A stretch of DNA of 64,000 bases from Octopus sinensis (Eukaryota): contig NC_043014.1 of NCBI RefSeq assembly GCF_006345805.1, forward strand, positions 10,044,001 to 10,108,000. The letters are read 5' to 3'. The notes beneath the pieces were generated by a model, which had not been told where the DNA came from, did no database searches, and was given only the letters and a program-made list of their open reading frames with translations. The translations under genes were made by a program, and so were the position numbers. Position 1 is the stretch's first letter. Every line of letters begins with the position of its first letter. Positions 63,461 through 64,000 of this stretch are shown in pieces.

Positions 63461-63844
63461 TGTGTGTGTGTGTGTGTTACAAAAAGGAAGTAAGAAGAAA
63501 GTAGGAAGAAAAATAAGCAAAATGCACATTGTAAATCAAAAAAGTAAAGGCATTTTTATGAAAAGTAACGAAATATATATGTATACAATTAGATGAACTG
63601 AGGTAGGAATAAAAGTAATAAAAGTCATTATTGTGAATTGCTAAATAAATTCAAAAACATACAAGCTTCGTAAACTTACTGATCACTGCTTTGGATGCAC
63701 ACCGATTACCGAACGGTGTCGGGTATAACAGTCCCTAAGTAAAATAAAAAGATTATGTGTAAAGGAGATAAGTAAATCTGGATTTGGTACAATTAGGGTA
63801 GAATTTCGGGCCTTGTGCACCTAGAGTAGAAAAGAATATATCAG

Positions 63845-64000
63845 CCGCTGGCAAATGGCAGGATTATCAGCACGCCGAGCAAAATGTTTAGCGGCTTTTC
63901 ATCCGTCTTTACGTTCAAGTAACCCCGATATCGACTTTGACTTTCCTCTTTTTGGAGTCGATAAAAATAGGTACCAGTTGGACACTGGTGTCGAATGTAA
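63845..64000 (+). mobile_element. Old family A-related SINE (cut by window edge)
   Basis: tggcaggattatcagcacgccgagcaaaatg...gtcgataaaaataggtaccag. Confidence 0.6.

Overview
AT-rich, microsatellite-dense eukaryotic DNA made almost entirely of repeats. The SINE families, simple repeats and TTAGGG-type repeat suggest an octopus/cephalopod genome (inference, not searched). Most ORF-track entries are microsatellite or SINE artefacts. The main coding object is a head-to-tail dimer of two near-intact, non-identical Tx1/L1-clade non-LTR retrotransposons (13426-24019; ORF1 with CCHC knuckle, ORF2 with APE-RT-zinc finger) enclosed by one 17-bp target-site duplication (TSD). The LINE's last ~45 nt match the 3' tail of the most abundant SINE here, and dimers and trimers of that SINE also sit inside single 14-17 bp TSDs. 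Together this suggests one LINE/SINE partnership that inserts multimers. A second theme is a set of minimal type I hammerhead-ribozyme motifs (about 9, intact to eroded) in Penelope-like relics, foldback units and a ~200-bp non-coding repeat with a variant core (CCGACGA), nearly all next to (TA)n tracts. Also present: R4/Dong-like fragments (one inside a TAA tract), an internally deleted Helitron, mariner and DD37D relics, several MITEs, two recent near-perfect inverted duplications, and one to three candidate host exons. All family names come from motif recognition by eye; no database search was run.
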